In this document: piece by piece, positions 26,238 to 35,535 of the stretch
How positions within the stretch are numbered: position 1 is the stretch's first letter
How the letters are laid out: each line of letters starts with the position of its first letter
Source: a virus
Lineage: Duplodnaviria > Caudoviricetes
Direction: 5' to 3' (one strand)
IMG/VR virus record: IMGVR_UViG_3300017780_007189
Location: 1 to 44,134 of that record
DNA: 44,134 nt
The notes under the pieces: model-generated
What the model saw: the letters and a program-made list of their open reading frames with translations, nothing else
Told to the model about the DNA's origin: nothing
Database searches by the model: none
Translations under genes and position numbers: made by a program

Positions 26238-26479
26238 ATGATAAAAGCAAACACCAAGAACGTATCCAGCAAAAAGAAAACAAGATAAAGAAGCAAGTAA
26301 AGCTATCTAAAGCATTCCATATCCCGTATAAAGAACCACATAAGCTCCTTAAAAGGAGTATATTGTCATGTGGTAACCCCAAATGTATTAGCTGTGCTAA
26401 TCCTAGAAAAGTATTCAAAGAGAAGACAATTCAGGAGCAGAAGTTTGAACAAACAGAAAAATGGAAAGAAGATGTATGA
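26231..26479 (+). CDS. Small basic protein with CxxxxCxxC motif
   Basis: CGNPKCISCANPRK...TIQE. Confidence 0.7.
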   Translation: MLNDKSKHQERIQQKENKIKKQVKLSKAFHIPYKEPHKLLKRSILSCGNPKCISCANPRKVFKEKTIQEQKFEQTEKWKEDV

Positions 26480-27168
26480 GAGTGAAGTTGATAAGTTATT
26501 CGAAACCAGCCATTGATACAGAAGAAGAGGTGTATTGCAAAGATGTACAAGATCTCATCAGCTACTGCGCAAGGGTATCAAATCCAAGCAACCAATCAAA
26601 TTCTGAAACATCAGAAAGACTTATCAAATTTCTTGCAAGCCATAAGCACTGGAGCCCCTTCGAGATGGCTTCCGCCTGTCTCGAAATCACAACTACAAGA
26701 GACATCGCTCGACAAATGCTTAGACACCGCAGCTTTTCTTTTCAGGAATTTTCCCAACGTTATGCAGACCCAACCGCAGAGCTGGAGGATGCGTTTGTGT
26801 TACGGGAGTGTAGACTGCAAGATACATCTAATAGACAAAACAGCATAGATTTAGTACTTGATAATCCAGAAGCACGATTGAAAGCTATGGAGTGGACTCG
26901 TGCTCAGCAACGAGTGATGTACGCTGTGAAAGAGGCGTATAGATGGGCGATCGATAACGGGATAGCAAAAGAGCAGGCGCGTGCTGTTTTACCGGAAGGA
27001 ATGACTGTTTCTCGCCTTTATATGAATGGTACAATTAGATCATGGATCCATTACATTGATTTGAGAAGTAGTAATGGAACACAAAAAGAACATATGGAAG
27101 TAGCACTAGCATGTGCAAAAGCAATCTCGGAAATATTTCCGATGGCTGCAGAATTCACTTCTAAATAA
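26476..27168 (+). CDS. thyX: Flavin-dependent thymidylate synthase
   Basis: HWSPFE, RHRSFSFQEFSQRY, ARAVLP, RSWIHYIDLR. Confidence 0.95.
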   Translation: MRVKLISYSKPAIDTEEEVYCKDVQDLISYCARVSNPSNQSNSETSERLIKFLASHKHWSPFEMASACLEITTTRDIARQMLRHRSFSFQEFSQRYADPTAELEDAFVLRECRLQDTSNRQNSIDLVLDNPEARLKAMEWTRAQQRVMYAVKEAYRWAIDNGIAKEQARAVLPEGMTVSRLYMNGTIRSWIHYIDLRSSNGTQKEHMEVALACAKAISEIFPMAAEFTSK

Positions 27169-27205
27169 TAACTCAACAAAGATAACAATAAGAGGTTTAA
27201 ACCAT

Positions 27206-29050
27206 ATGGTAAACTTGTCTATCGTCAGAAATACTGATACAATGAATAGTTTTGAAATTGCAATAGATACTACAAGAGATAGTTTGTTTGATTTACACGG
27301 ACTTAAGCGACTAAAAGAATCTTATATGTTGGATAGCGAAGTATCTCCGCAAGAAAGATTTGCGTTCGTATCCCGTGCATTCGGAAGTAATCCAGCTCAT
27401 GCACAGCGTCTCTATGACTATGCCAGCAAACATTGGTTATCGTATTCTACGCCGATTCTTTCATTCGGAAGAACACAAAAAGGATTACCAATCTCTTGCT
27501 TTCTTAACTACATCCATGATAGCTCAGCTGGGTTGGTAGATAATCTATCTGAAACAAATTGGTTGAGTATGTTGGGAGGCGGTGTTGGTATTGGTTTTGG
27601 TATTCGGTCAGCAGACGACAAGAGTACTGGAGTATTGCCTCACTTACGAATCTATGATGCTTCTTCCCTTGCTTATCGTCAAGGTCGTACTCGTCGTGGT
27701 AGCTATGCTGCTTACCTTGATATTAATCATCCTGATCTTCCTATCTTTCTTGATATGAGGAAGCCAACAGGAGATCCCAATATGAGAGCTCCTAACTTGC
27801 ATCACGGTATTAACATTACCGACGACTTTATGCATATTATTGAAAAGTGTATGTTGGATCCAGAAGCTGATGATAGTTGGGACTTGATTGATCCGCATGA
27901 CGGAATGGTTAGAGACACCGTATCAGCCAAGCACATATGGCAGCAAATCCTTGAACTGAGAATGCATACAGGTGAACCTTATTTGCACTTTATCGATACA
28001 TCTAATGAGAAGATGCCAAAATGGTTGAAGGACAAAGGATTGAAGATTCGCCAATCTAATCTTTGCTCTGAAATTATTCTGCCAACAGACAAAGACCGTA
28101 CTGCTGTTTGTTGTTTGTCTTCTGTTAATTTAGAATACTATGATGACTGGAAGAATGATAAGTTGTTCCTTCGCGACATTGCTGAGATGCTTGATAATGT
28201 TCTTCAATACTTCATTGACAACGCTCCTGAGCCTGTAGCACGTGCAAAGTATTCTGCAATGCGTGAGCGTTCTATTGGCGTTGGTGCATTGGGCTGGCAT
28301 GCTTATCTACAGAAGAACAATGTACCTTGGGAGACAGCATTAGCAGTCGGAAGAAACAAACAAATATTCAAGCATATTAGAGAGGGATTGAATGAGGCTA
28401 ATCTACAACTCGGTCAAGAACGTGGTGAAGCGCCTGATGCAGAAGGTACCGGACTACGGTTCTCTCATCTTATGGCTATTGCTCCTAATGCTAGCAGTTC
28501 GATCATTATGGGTAACACCTCTCCATCTATTGAACCATTCAGAGCCAATGCTTATAGACAAGACACTCTCAGTGGTTCGAGCCTGAACAAGAACAGATGG
28601 CTCGATAAAGCTATTCAAGATTATCTGTCCAGCGATGATAGCGGAGCAATATCACAAGATGATTATAATGACATCTGGTCTTCAATCATAGCAAATGACG
28701 GTTCAGTTCAACATCTTGAATGGATGGATGACTGGACTAAAGATGTATTCAAGACTTCAATGGAGATTGATCAACGTTGGTTGATTCAACACGCTGCTGA
28801 TAGACAAGAGTACATTGATCAGGCTCAGTCACTCAATCTATTCTTTAGACCTGATGTTGATATTAGATACTTACACGCAGTTCACTTCCAGGCCTGGAAA
28901 GCGGGGCTCAAGAGCCTTTATTATTGCAGAAGCGAGAAGATTGGTAAGGCTGATAAGGTGTCAAAGAAGATTGAAAGAAGAGTAATTGAAGAGATTGATC
29001 TTAAGCAACTAGCACAAAGCGATGATGTTTGCTTGGCTTGTGAAGGATAG
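27206..29050 (+). CDS. nrdA: Class I ribonucleotide reductase alpha subunit (short form, no evident ATP cone)
   Basis: STP, ISCF, GGGVG, SNLCSEI, VCCLSS, APNASS, KSLYYCR, C-terminal CLACEG. SD GAGG before ATG 27206. Confidence 0.95.
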   Translation: MVNLSIVRNTDTMNSFEIAIDTTRDSLFDLHGLKRLKESYMLDSEVSPQERFAFVSRAFGSNPAHAQRLYDYASKHWLSYSTPILSFGRTQKGLPISCFLNYIHDSSAGLVDNLSETNWLSMLGGGVGIGFGIRSADDKSTGVLPHLRIYDASSLAYRQGRTRRGSYAAYLDINHPDLPIFLDMRKPTGDPNMRAPNLHHGINITDDFMHIIEKCMLDPEADDSWDLIDPHDGMVRDTVSAKHIWQQILELRMHTGEPYLHFIDTSNEKMPKWLKDKGLKIRQSNLCSEIILPTDKDRTAVCCLSSVNLEYYDDWKNDKLFLRDIAEMLDNVLQYFIDNAPEPVARAKYSAMRERSIGVGALGWHAYLQKNNVPWETALAVGRNKQIFKHIREGLNEANLQLGQERGEAPDAEGTGLRFSHLMAIAPNASSSIIMGNTSPSIEPFRANAYRQDTLSGSSLNKNRWLDKAIQDYLSSDDSGAISQDDYNDIWSSIIANDGSVQHLEWMDDWTKDVFKTSMEIDQRWLIQHAADRQEYIDQAQSLNLFFRPDVDIRYLHAVHFQAWKAGLKSLYYCRSEKIGKADKVSKKIERRVIEEIDLKQLAQSDDVCLACEG

Positions 29051-29686
29051 ATGAAAACAATAGCTCTTTTTGTATATGATCCCAAGTGTTCAGTACAGTG
29101 CTGTAATGCTATAATCAAAACACTTGAGGGATTGTATAGAATAAAACTATTCTCTAAGAATACAGTTGAAGAAAGTTTCTTCAACGATGTTGATATGGTA
29201 ATTGTTCCCGGCGGTGTTGGGGACTCAGAAACGTTTCATACACTATTTAAAAACAATGCTGAAAATGTTAAAAACTTTATTTCAAAAGGTGGTAAATACC
29301 TTGGTATTTGTATGGGTGCTTATTGGGCTGGTAGTCACTACCTTAACATATTAGACGGGATAGATACTGTTCAATACATCAAGCAACCAAATGCAGATAC
29401 AAGAAGACCTCATGCCAAGAACTTGCAAGTGTATTGGAACGGTGAACGTACTCATATGTTCTTTTATGATGGATGTGCGATTATAGGGGATTATAGTAAG
29501 TTTGAGTTAATTGCTAAGTACTCTAATGATGATGTGATGGCTGCAATTCAAGGTAACATTGGATTGATTGGTTGTCATCCCGAAGCAGAAAAGTGGTGGT
29601 ACGATAGCTACTCTTATCTGAAAGGTGCATATACTAATCATCAACCAAAGTTGTTAGAGTTTGTTAACGAGCTAATGGAAAGATAG
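29051..29686 (+). CDS. Class I glutamine amidotransferase-like (BPL_N-like) protein
   Basis: VPGG, YLGICMGAY (nucleophile Cys), GCHPE. Confidence 0.8.
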   Translation: MKTIALFVYDPKCSVQCCNAIIKTLEGLYRIKLFSKNTVEESFFNDVDMVIVPGGVGDSETFHTLFKNNAENVKNFISKGGKYLGICMGAYWAGSHYLNILDGIDTVQYIKQPNADTRRPHAKNLQVYWNGERTHMFFYDGCAIIGDYSKFELIAKYSNDDVMAAIQGNIGLIGCHPEAEKWWYDSYSYLKGAYTNHQPKLLEFVNELMER

Positions 29687-30013
29687 ATGATATCAATTTC
29701 AGATAAAGCAAAAGAAAAGATTACAGATTTGTATATTGATGAAAACGATTCTTCAATCAAAGGGCTGAGAGTGTTTGTTCAAGGTGGTGGTTGTTCTGGT
29801 TTTAGCTACGGATTTACATTTGACCATGAAGCTAACGAAGATGACTTTCATGTCAGCCTTGGTAAGTTTGATATAATGGTTGATGCAATGAGTATGCAAT
29901 ATCTACAGGGAGCAACCATTGATTATAAAGACGAGTTAATGACCAAAGAGTTCATTATTAAAAACCCCAATGCCAAGCAAACGTGTGGCTGTGGTAGTAG
30001 TTTTACAGTTTAA
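29687..30013 (+). CDS. erpA: A-type Fe-S carrier (ErpA/IscA/HesB family)
   Basis: LRVFVQGGGCSGFSYGF, IDY, NPNA..TCGCGSSF. Confidence 0.9.
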   Translation: MISISDKAKEKITDLYIDENDSSIKGLRVFVQGGGCSGFSYGFTFDHEANEDDFHVSLGKFDIMVDAMSMQYLQGATIDYKDELMTKEFIIKNPNAKQTCGCGSSFTV

Positions 30014-30020
30014 GGATAAC

Positions 30021-30542
30021 ATGAATATAAGACCGCTTCACTTTATCACAAGAGAAAAAGAGCTGGAGTTGATTAATAAACTTGAAACAATAATTGATAA
30101 CAGATCATTTCATCCATCTGATACAGCTGTTATACAAGCCAGTGTTGATTTTGCAGGAACTGCAGCAATGCACCTTGCTCACTCTTGGTCTGTTAGAGGA
30201 GAGATCATTCCTATTATTCCTATTGAAGTAACATATCCAGGCGAAACCTACGACTATGTTCGATCAAAATTTCACTATGATATGGAATGGCATCTAAAGC
30301 ACTTCAAATATCAAAGATTTGTTGTTATAGAGGCAGGAATTATTCGTGGAGGAAACTGGAAATGGATCTTGGAAGAATTTGAAAACTTAAATGTTCCTCG
30401 AGAAAATATTACTTTAGTTACAATGATGGAGAATATTCACTCTATCGTCAAATCTGATTATGTTGGAGAGTATTATGATGATGACATGGAAGATTTAACA
30501 TTCTACTTTGAGAAATACAATAAAAATTGGCCAGTAAGATAG
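30021..30542 (+). CDS. Phosphoribosyltransferase-fold-like protein
   Basis: FVVIEAGIIRGGN resembles a degenerate PRPP-binding loop; SDYVG near the C-terminus. Confidence 0.45.
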   Translation: MNIRPLHFITREKELELINKLETIIDNRSFHPSDTAVIQASVDFAGTAAMHLAHSWSVRGEIIPIIPIEVTYPGETYDYVRSKFHYDMEWHLKHFKYQRFVVIEAGIIRGGNWKWILEEFENLNVPRENITLVTMMENIHSIVKSDYVGEYYDDDMEDLTFYFEKYNKNWPVR

Positions 30543-30549
30543 GAAGTTT

Positions 30550-30804
30550 ATGAGACTATTAAAATTTGAAGCTTCATGGTGTGGACCATGTAAAATGTTA
30601 TCTAAGACAATGGAAGATATTGATTTCCCTTTTCCAATAGAAGTAATAGATGTTGATCAGAACACTGCAGCTGCAGTAGAATATGGTATTAGAGGTGTAC
30701 CTCACTTAATTCTTCTCGATGAGAATAATAATATTGTGAAACGAATTGGTGGGAATGTATCTAAGGATGTGTTAGTTGAACAATTAATTGGAGTTGCACA
30801 ATGA
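30550..30804 (+). CDS. trxA: Thioredoxin
   Basis: ASWCGPCK and GIRGVP. Confidence 0.92.
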   Translation: MRLLKFEASWCGPCKMLSKTMEDIDFPFPIEVIDVDQNTAAAVEYGIRGVPHLILLDENNNIVKRIGGNVSKDVLVEQLIGVAQ

Positions 30805-30977
30805 GTAATAATGTTATGAAAATACAAATGCTTGAAGAAGAGATTGAAGTGTTAAGAGGACGGATTGAAGAACATGATACGGGTCATATTCATACGACTA
30901 TTGGAGTATTGCAGGATAGAGTAAGAGAGTTGTACAGTCAACCAACAAACAAAAACAACGCGGAGACAAATGATTAA
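30801..30977 (+). CDS. Small hypothetical protein (58 aa, not in the ORF track)
   Basis: MSNNVMKIQMLEEEIEVLRGRIEEHDTGHIHTTIGVLQDRV...; ATGA-coupled and fills the trx-nrdB gap. Confidence 0.65.
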   Translation: MSNNVMKIQMLEEEIEVLRGRIEEHDTGHIHTTIGVLQDRVRELYSQPTNKNNAETND

Positions 30978-31956
30978 AAAAGTAAAAAGCAAGTTAACAG
31001 ATGAGCGCAGTTATTTTAAACCATTCAACTATCCTTGGGCATATGATGCTTGGTTAAAGCACGAACAAAGCTCGTGGCTACATACTGAAGTGCCGATGCT
31101 AGAGGATGTAAAAGATTGGAAAAACAAACTAAGCAAATCGGAACAGTCGTTCCTGACAAACATCTTCAGGTTCTTCACGCAAGGAGACGTGGACGTAGCT
31201 GGAGGATACGTGAAGAACTATCTACCTTACTTCCCACAGCCAGAGATACGAATGATGTTGACTGGTTTTGCGGCCAGGGAAGCACTTCATGTAGCTGCCT
31301 ACAGTCATTTGATCGAGACTTTAGGAATGCCGGACTCAACATACGACGAGTTCCTGCAGTACAAGGAGATGAAAGACAAGCACGATTATTTCTTGTCTCT
31401 TGCGGGCCAGGATGCAACAACGATAGCGCAACAGATTGCAGCATTCTCTGCGTTCACGGAAGGGATGCAACTTTTCTCGAGTTTCATTATGCTACTAAAC
31501 TTTCCTCGTCACGGCAAGATGAAGGGGATGGGTCAGATCATTACTTGGTCAATAGTTGATGAGACAATGCATGCTGAGTCAATGATTAAGCTATTTCGCA
31601 CTTATGTTGAAGAGAATAGAAGTATTTGGAACGATCAGTTGAAGGGTGAGATCTATTCTATTGCTGAAAAGATGGTTAGTCTTGAGGATAACTTCATTGA
31701 TCTTGCATTCTCAAGTAATTTGATGGAGAATTTGACTGAGGCGGATGTTAAGCAATATATTCGGTACATTGCTGACCGTAGATTAATTAGTCTTGGATTG
31801 AAGGGAATATTCAAGGTAAAAAGAAACCCACTACTGTGGGTGGAAGAGATGATCAATAGTCCTATACATACAAACTTCTTTGAAAATCGGGCGACTGATT
31901 ATGCAAAGGGTGCGTTGAGTGGAGATTGGTCTAATGTGTGGGCCAAGGCGGCCTGA
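30970..31956 (+). CDS. nrdB: Class I ribonucleotide reductase beta subunit
   Basis: FFTQGD, EALHVAAYS, TEGMQLF, DETMH, NFFENRATDY. Confidence 0.95.
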   Translation: MIKKVKSKLTDERSYFKPFNYPWAYDAWLKHEQSSWLHTEVPMLEDVKDWKNKLSKSEQSFLTNIFRFFTQGDVDVAGGYVKNYLPYFPQPEIRMMLTGFAAREALHVAAYSHLIETLGMPDSTYDEFLQYKEMKDKHDYFLSLAGQDATTIAQQIAAFSAFTEGMQLFSSFIMLLNFPRHGKMKGMGQIITWSIVDETMHAESMIKLFRTYVEENRSIWNDQLKGEIYSIAEKMVSLEDNFIDLAFSSNLMENLTEADVKQYIRYIADRRLISLGLKGIFKVKRNPLLWVEEMINSPIHTNFFENRATDYAKGALSGDWSNVWAKAA

Positions 31957-31973
31957 AAATAAAAGGAGTAAGT

Positions 31974-32519
31974 ATGAAATTAGTAAAAGCAGTTTTGCTT
32001 GTGGGTTTGATGTCTGTTGGTTCTGCAATGGCTCAGGGTTATGGATCAGTAGAATATTCTGATGAAAGTAATCGGTTGACTGGTGCAGAGAACATCAAAG
32101 AAGGGTTGGTCATTGGTAATAAAACTGGTGGTGTTGACTATAGCATTAAAATGGAGAACAGCCAAACTAAAATTGGCAGTGGTTCAATCTCTCAAGCGCT
32201 TGAGGTTCGTGCAAAGAAAAGTCTTGGGGTATTGTACGTTGGTGCTCGTCTAGGTGAAAGAATCACAAGTTCAACTCACTTTAGCTACTATGCAATTGAT
32301 TCAGGAGTTAAGTTTCCACTAGTAGCAGGTTTGACAGCAGATGTTGGTGCTCGTTACCGCAATGCATTTGAATCTGGTAAGTTGTATCAGACAACTCGCG
32401 GCCATGTTGCAGTAGGATATGCTTTGACTAAGCAAGACTCTGTTGCATTTCGTTGGAGCCGTAGCTATGGTGACGAAGAAAAAGACGGTGTACGTTTGCA
32501 GTATACTCGTAGTTTCTAA
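31974..32519 (+). CDS. Putative outer-membrane beta-barrel protein
   Basis: Signal peptide ending AMA, amphipathic beta strands and a C-terminal LQYTRSF beta-signal. SD AAGGAG. Confidence 0.75.
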   Translation: MKLVKAVLLVGLMSVGSAMAQGYGSVEYSDESNRLTGAENIKEGLVIGNKTGGVDYSIKMENSQTKIGSGSISQALEVRAKKSLGVLYVGARLGERITSSTHFSYYAIDSGVKFPLVAGLTADVGARYRNAFESGKLYQTTRGHVAVGYALTKQDSVAFRWSRSYGDEEKDGVRLQYTRSF

Positions 32520-32544
32520 TACTATATACTAGTATAGTAACCGG

Positions 32545-32569
32545 AAGGGAGCTTATGCTCCCTTTTTTT
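32545..32569 (+). terminator. Rho-independent terminator
   Basis: AAGGGAGC-TTAT-GCTCCCTT followed by a T run. Confidence 0.9.
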
Positions 32570-32584
32570 ATGTAAGGAGCCATC

Positions 32585-32881
32585 ATGCGTAAAATTGCAA
32601 TGGCGTTCCTATTCTGCCTAACTAGCTCTATAGTAAACGCACAGGAGATTATAGATTTAAACAAACAAATGAAATGTTCAGATGCTCAATCAGTGATGAA
32701 CTATTTTGTAGATATACATAAAGAAACACCAATATGGGTTGGTAAGACAGTGCACAATAGTCATATAACATTACTAATGAACAAAGAATCACGTTCATGG
32801 ACTTTAATAGAATATGATGCTAGAATAGCATGTGTGTTGGGTGCTGGAGAAGAAAAGACGGGAAGCAGTCCCAATATTTAA
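32585..32881 (+). CDS. Small secreted protein
   Basis: Signal peptide; C...SWTLIE...ACVLGAG; SD AAGGAG. Confidence 0.75.
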   Translation: MRKIAMAFLFCLTSSIVNAQEIIDLNKQMKCSDAQSVMNYFVDIHKETPIWVGKTVHNSHITLLMNKESRSWTLIEYDARIACVLGAGEEKTGSSPNI

Positions 32882-32896
32882 TTTTAGGAGCGTAAC

Positions 32897-33061
32897 ATGG
32901 AATCACATAATTGCAGAATGTGTGAGGCAGATTTTTCTGTCGAAGGTTTTAATATAGACGAAGAGATAATGTACTGTCCCTACTGTGGCTCAGTAATTGA
33001 TCCTGAATTAGATAGTGAGTTTGATGAAGACTTTTATGACGAAGATAGATTAGACAATTGA
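32897..33061 (+). CDS. Small acidic zinc-ribbon protein (54 aa, not in the ORF track)
   Basis: SD AGGAG; CRMC...CPYCG; Asp/Glu-rich tail. Confidence 0.75.
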   Translation: MESHNCRMCEADFSVEGFNIDEEIMYCPYCGSVIDPELDSEFDEDFYDEDRLDN

Positions 33062-33468
33062 TGTGGACTTTTGAAGATGGACCAATTACAATGATCCCAG
33101 AAGGGTGTTATGGGTTCGTCTACAGAATAATCAACACAGTATCTGGTCGTGAGTACATAGGAAAGAAACTGTTCTGGGCTATGAAGACTAGACAGGTCAA
33201 GGGTAAAAAGAAAAGATTCAAGGTAGAGTCCGACTGGCAAACATACTACGGATCTAATGAAGAATTGCAAAAAGATATTGAAATAATTGGAGTAGATCAC
33301 TTCAAACGTGAAATACTAAGATTATGTAAGAACAAGGGTGAGTGTACATACTACGAGGCGAAGTATCAGTACCAGTTTGATGTTCTTACAAACCCAACTA
33401 AATATTACAATTCATGGATCATGTGCAAAGTGCATAGGAAACATTTACAACTAAACACCGCGGGGTAA
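33058..33468 (+). CDS. Short GIY-YIG nuclease
   Basis: GFVYRI...EYIGKK, YYGS, FKREIL, E..YQ, YYN. Its stop codon lies inside the tRNA gene. Confidence 0.8.
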   Translation: MMWTFEDGPITMIPEGCYGFVYRIINTVSGREYIGKKLFWAMKTRQVKGKKKRFKVESDWQTYYGSNEELQKDIEIIGVDHFKREILRLCKNKGECTYYEAKYQYQFDVLTNPTKYYNSWIMCKVHRKHLQLNTAG

Positions 33469-33533
33469 CTCAGGAGTAGAGTGCCGGGCTCATAATCCGG
33501 ATGTCGGTGGTGCGAATCCATCCTCCGCAACCC
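33459..33533 (+). tRNA. tRNA-Met (CAT), initiator-like
   Basis: Acceptor stem CGCGGGG/CTCCGCA with C1:A72 mismatch, D stem ACTC/GAGT, anticodon arm CCGGG-CTCATAA-TCCGG, T arm GGTGG-TGCGAAT-CCATC; ends ACCC. Confidence 0.88.
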
Positions 33534-33560
33534 TTGAGTCGAAGTCAAGACTCGAACTCT

Positions 33561-33594
33561 TATAAATAAGTACATGGAGAAAACTTTATGTACT
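33561..33594 (+). promoter_or_regulatory. Late promoter plus 11 bp hairpin sequestering SD and ATG
   Basis: TATAAATA at 33561-33568; AGTACATGGAG-AAAA-CTTTATGTACT at 33569-33594. Confidence 0.85.
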
Positions 33595-34262
33595 ACACAA
33601 TTTACAAGATAACAAACCAAATTGACGGCAAGATCTACATTGGATCACATAAGACCAAAGATTTGAATGACAGCTACATGGGATCAGGAAAGTATCTGAA
33701 ACATGCTATTGAAAAGCACGGAATTGAAAACTTTACAAAAGATATTCTGTTTGTATTTGACACACCAGAAGAAATGTATGCAAAAGAGGCAGATATAGTT
33801 AAGGATGACTTTTTAGCTCTTGAGAACACCTATAACCTAAAGACTGGTGGATTTGGTGGATTTGATTATATTAATGAGCAGGGTCTACAGGGGTTCACTG
33901 ACATAGAGACAGCCAAGTTAGGGCGTTCAAGGACAAACCAGATTCTTGAAAATAAGTATGGGCCAAATTGGAGATCTTTGTATTTGTCACCTGAACGTCG
34001 AGTAGCAGCATCTAAAAAAGGCGCTGAGACGAGAAAGAGACGAGGGTACAAATCAAATACCAACCAAATGAACACGCCAGCCGCTGTTGAAAGAAAGAAA
34101 CAAAAACTTAAAGAGATAAAGCATCAGCAAGGTGATCGAAATTCTCAATTTGGTAAGATTTGGATTACGGATGGTGTTAGTTCAAAATCCATTTTTAAAG
34201 ACGATTCCATGCCGGATGGTTGGTATCGAGGTAGAGTGATCACATCGAAAAACAGTTATTAA
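33588..34262 (+). mobile_element. Seg-like free-standing GIY-YIG homing endonuclease
   Basis: YTIYKITNQIDGKIYIGSH, YMGSG, YNLKTGG; C-terminal NSQFGKIWITDG...GWYRGR DNA-binding modules. Confidence 0.88.
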
Positions 34263-34270
34263 AATTCATT

Positions 34271-35125
34271 ATGAATAATCCTATTGCGCAAACTAAATCT
34301 AGAAACGGTACATTCATTCATTTTCAAAATGATGATCCAATTGGTGCTTGTCTTCACTACTACGGTGAGTGGGCTCAACAAGAAATTGACTTTTTTGATG
34401 GAATATTAACAGAGTCTTCCAACGTAATTGATGTTGGAGCTAACATTGGTACTCATACAATCTTCTTTGCTAAAAAATGCAATAAAGGTAATGTAATCGC
34501 AATTGAGCCTCAGATTTACATATTTGAGATGCTTGCAGCTAATATTCTCATCAACGGTTGTTACAACGTAATTCCAGTTAATGCTGGTGCTGCAAGCGAA
34601 CCTGGTGCTATCAAAATGGTTAACATCGATCCATTTCAAGGTGAGAAGGTCAACTATGGTGAGTTTAAACTTAACTCTGGTGCCAAAAAGGGTGTCAATA
34701 CAAACCTCATAGCACTTGATTCTTATGTTGATCTTGAACCGTTTACCTTGATTAAACTAGATGTTGAGGGATATGAAGTAGACGTCCTTAACGGTGCCAC
34801 TAATCTACTTGAGAAACACAAGCCGTTTTTGTATATTGAATTCAATAACAAGGGTGGGAACGATCCGTTGTTAGAGAAGATATATGAACTTGATTACATC
34901 CCGTACTGGCACATCTACACCAAACATAACCCCAACAATACCAATGGTCAAACAAAGAATGTATGGGAACCAGATAACTATCAAATTGATCAATCTAATC
35001 TTGATTTAAGATACGAGGCGAATGCTTTTTGTGTTCATAAAGATACATTGCAGCCAGAAGGACTCACCAGGATTAAGCTGAGAGATAGTATTACAAAGCA
35101 ATTGTTTGAAGCTAATTTGTTGTAA
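34271..35125 (+). CDS. FkbM-family methyltransferase
   Basis: IDVGANIGTH, AIEPQ, IKLDVEGYE, KPFLYIE. Confidence 0.88.
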   Translation: MNNPIAQTKSRNGTFIHFQNDDPIGACLHYYGEWAQQEIDFFDGILTESSNVIDVGANIGTHTIFFAKKCNKGNVIAIEPQIYIFEMLAANILINGCYNVIPVNAGAASEPGAIKMVNIDPFQGEKVNYGEFKLNSGAKKGVNTNLIALDSYVDLEPFTLIKLDVEGYEVDVLNGATNLLEKHKPFLYIEFNNKGGNDPLLEKIYELDYIPYWHIYTKHNPNNTNGQTKNVWEPDNYQIDQSNLDLRYEANAFCVHKDTLQPEGLTRIKLRDSITKQLFEANLL

Positions 35126-35431
35126 TTATCTGCTTGTCTTTTTTACACGCTCGTTGATGTTTGATTGACACATAGCACCTGTGTTATAAGTGACTTTATG
35201 AACCTTTCTATGGTCACCATCTGAGCAAGTGTACTCACAGACCTGGTGACCTCTTTCGTCCCTAAACTTATCAGATAGATGACAGGTAGTTGTAACTATC
35301 TCATACGGCTTATTAGGCTTGCCAGCTACGGTAACTGGAATGTTGAAGTTGATGTTGATTTTCTCTGGGACGAGCGGAGCTACAACCGTGACAACAGCTG
35401 CAATACCCAATAATGTTTTCTTTGTTAACAT
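35126..35431 (-). CDS. Exported Cys-containing hypothetical protein
   Basis: N-terminal hydrophobic helix and 4 Cys; ATG 35431 is coupled by TAATG to the upstream ORF. Confidence 0.7.
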   Translation of the reverse strand: MLTKKTLLGIAAVVTVVAPLVPEKININFNIPVTVAGKPNKPYEIVTTTCHLSDKFRDERGHQVCEYTCSDGDHRKVHKVTYNTGAMCQSNINERVKKTSR

Positions 35432-35535
35432 TACCAATATTCCACCAACTGTCTTAGTAAATAAAAAAACAATAATAAGGCAATAATACCGTCAAACACG
35501 ACTAAGACCATCAAGAAGATGATCTCGATTGTCAT
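35431..35535 (-). CDS. 34 aa single-TM peptide (not in the ORF track)
   Basis: MTIEIIFLMVLVVFDGIIALLLFFYLLRQLVEYW; exactly fills the gap between the two neighbouring genes. Confidence 0.6.
   Translation of the reverse strand: MTIEIIFLMVLVVFDGIIALLLFFYLLRQLVEYW

Noticed and set aside
32525-32536. Palindrome TATACTAGTATA as an operator
   Set aside because: Single AT-rich copy next to a terminator; no second instance noticed.
35431-35535. Frameshift at the T7 run fusing this ORF to the downstream gene
   Set aside because: The short ORF ends in a clean TAATG coupling to the next ATG, so two separate genes explain it.
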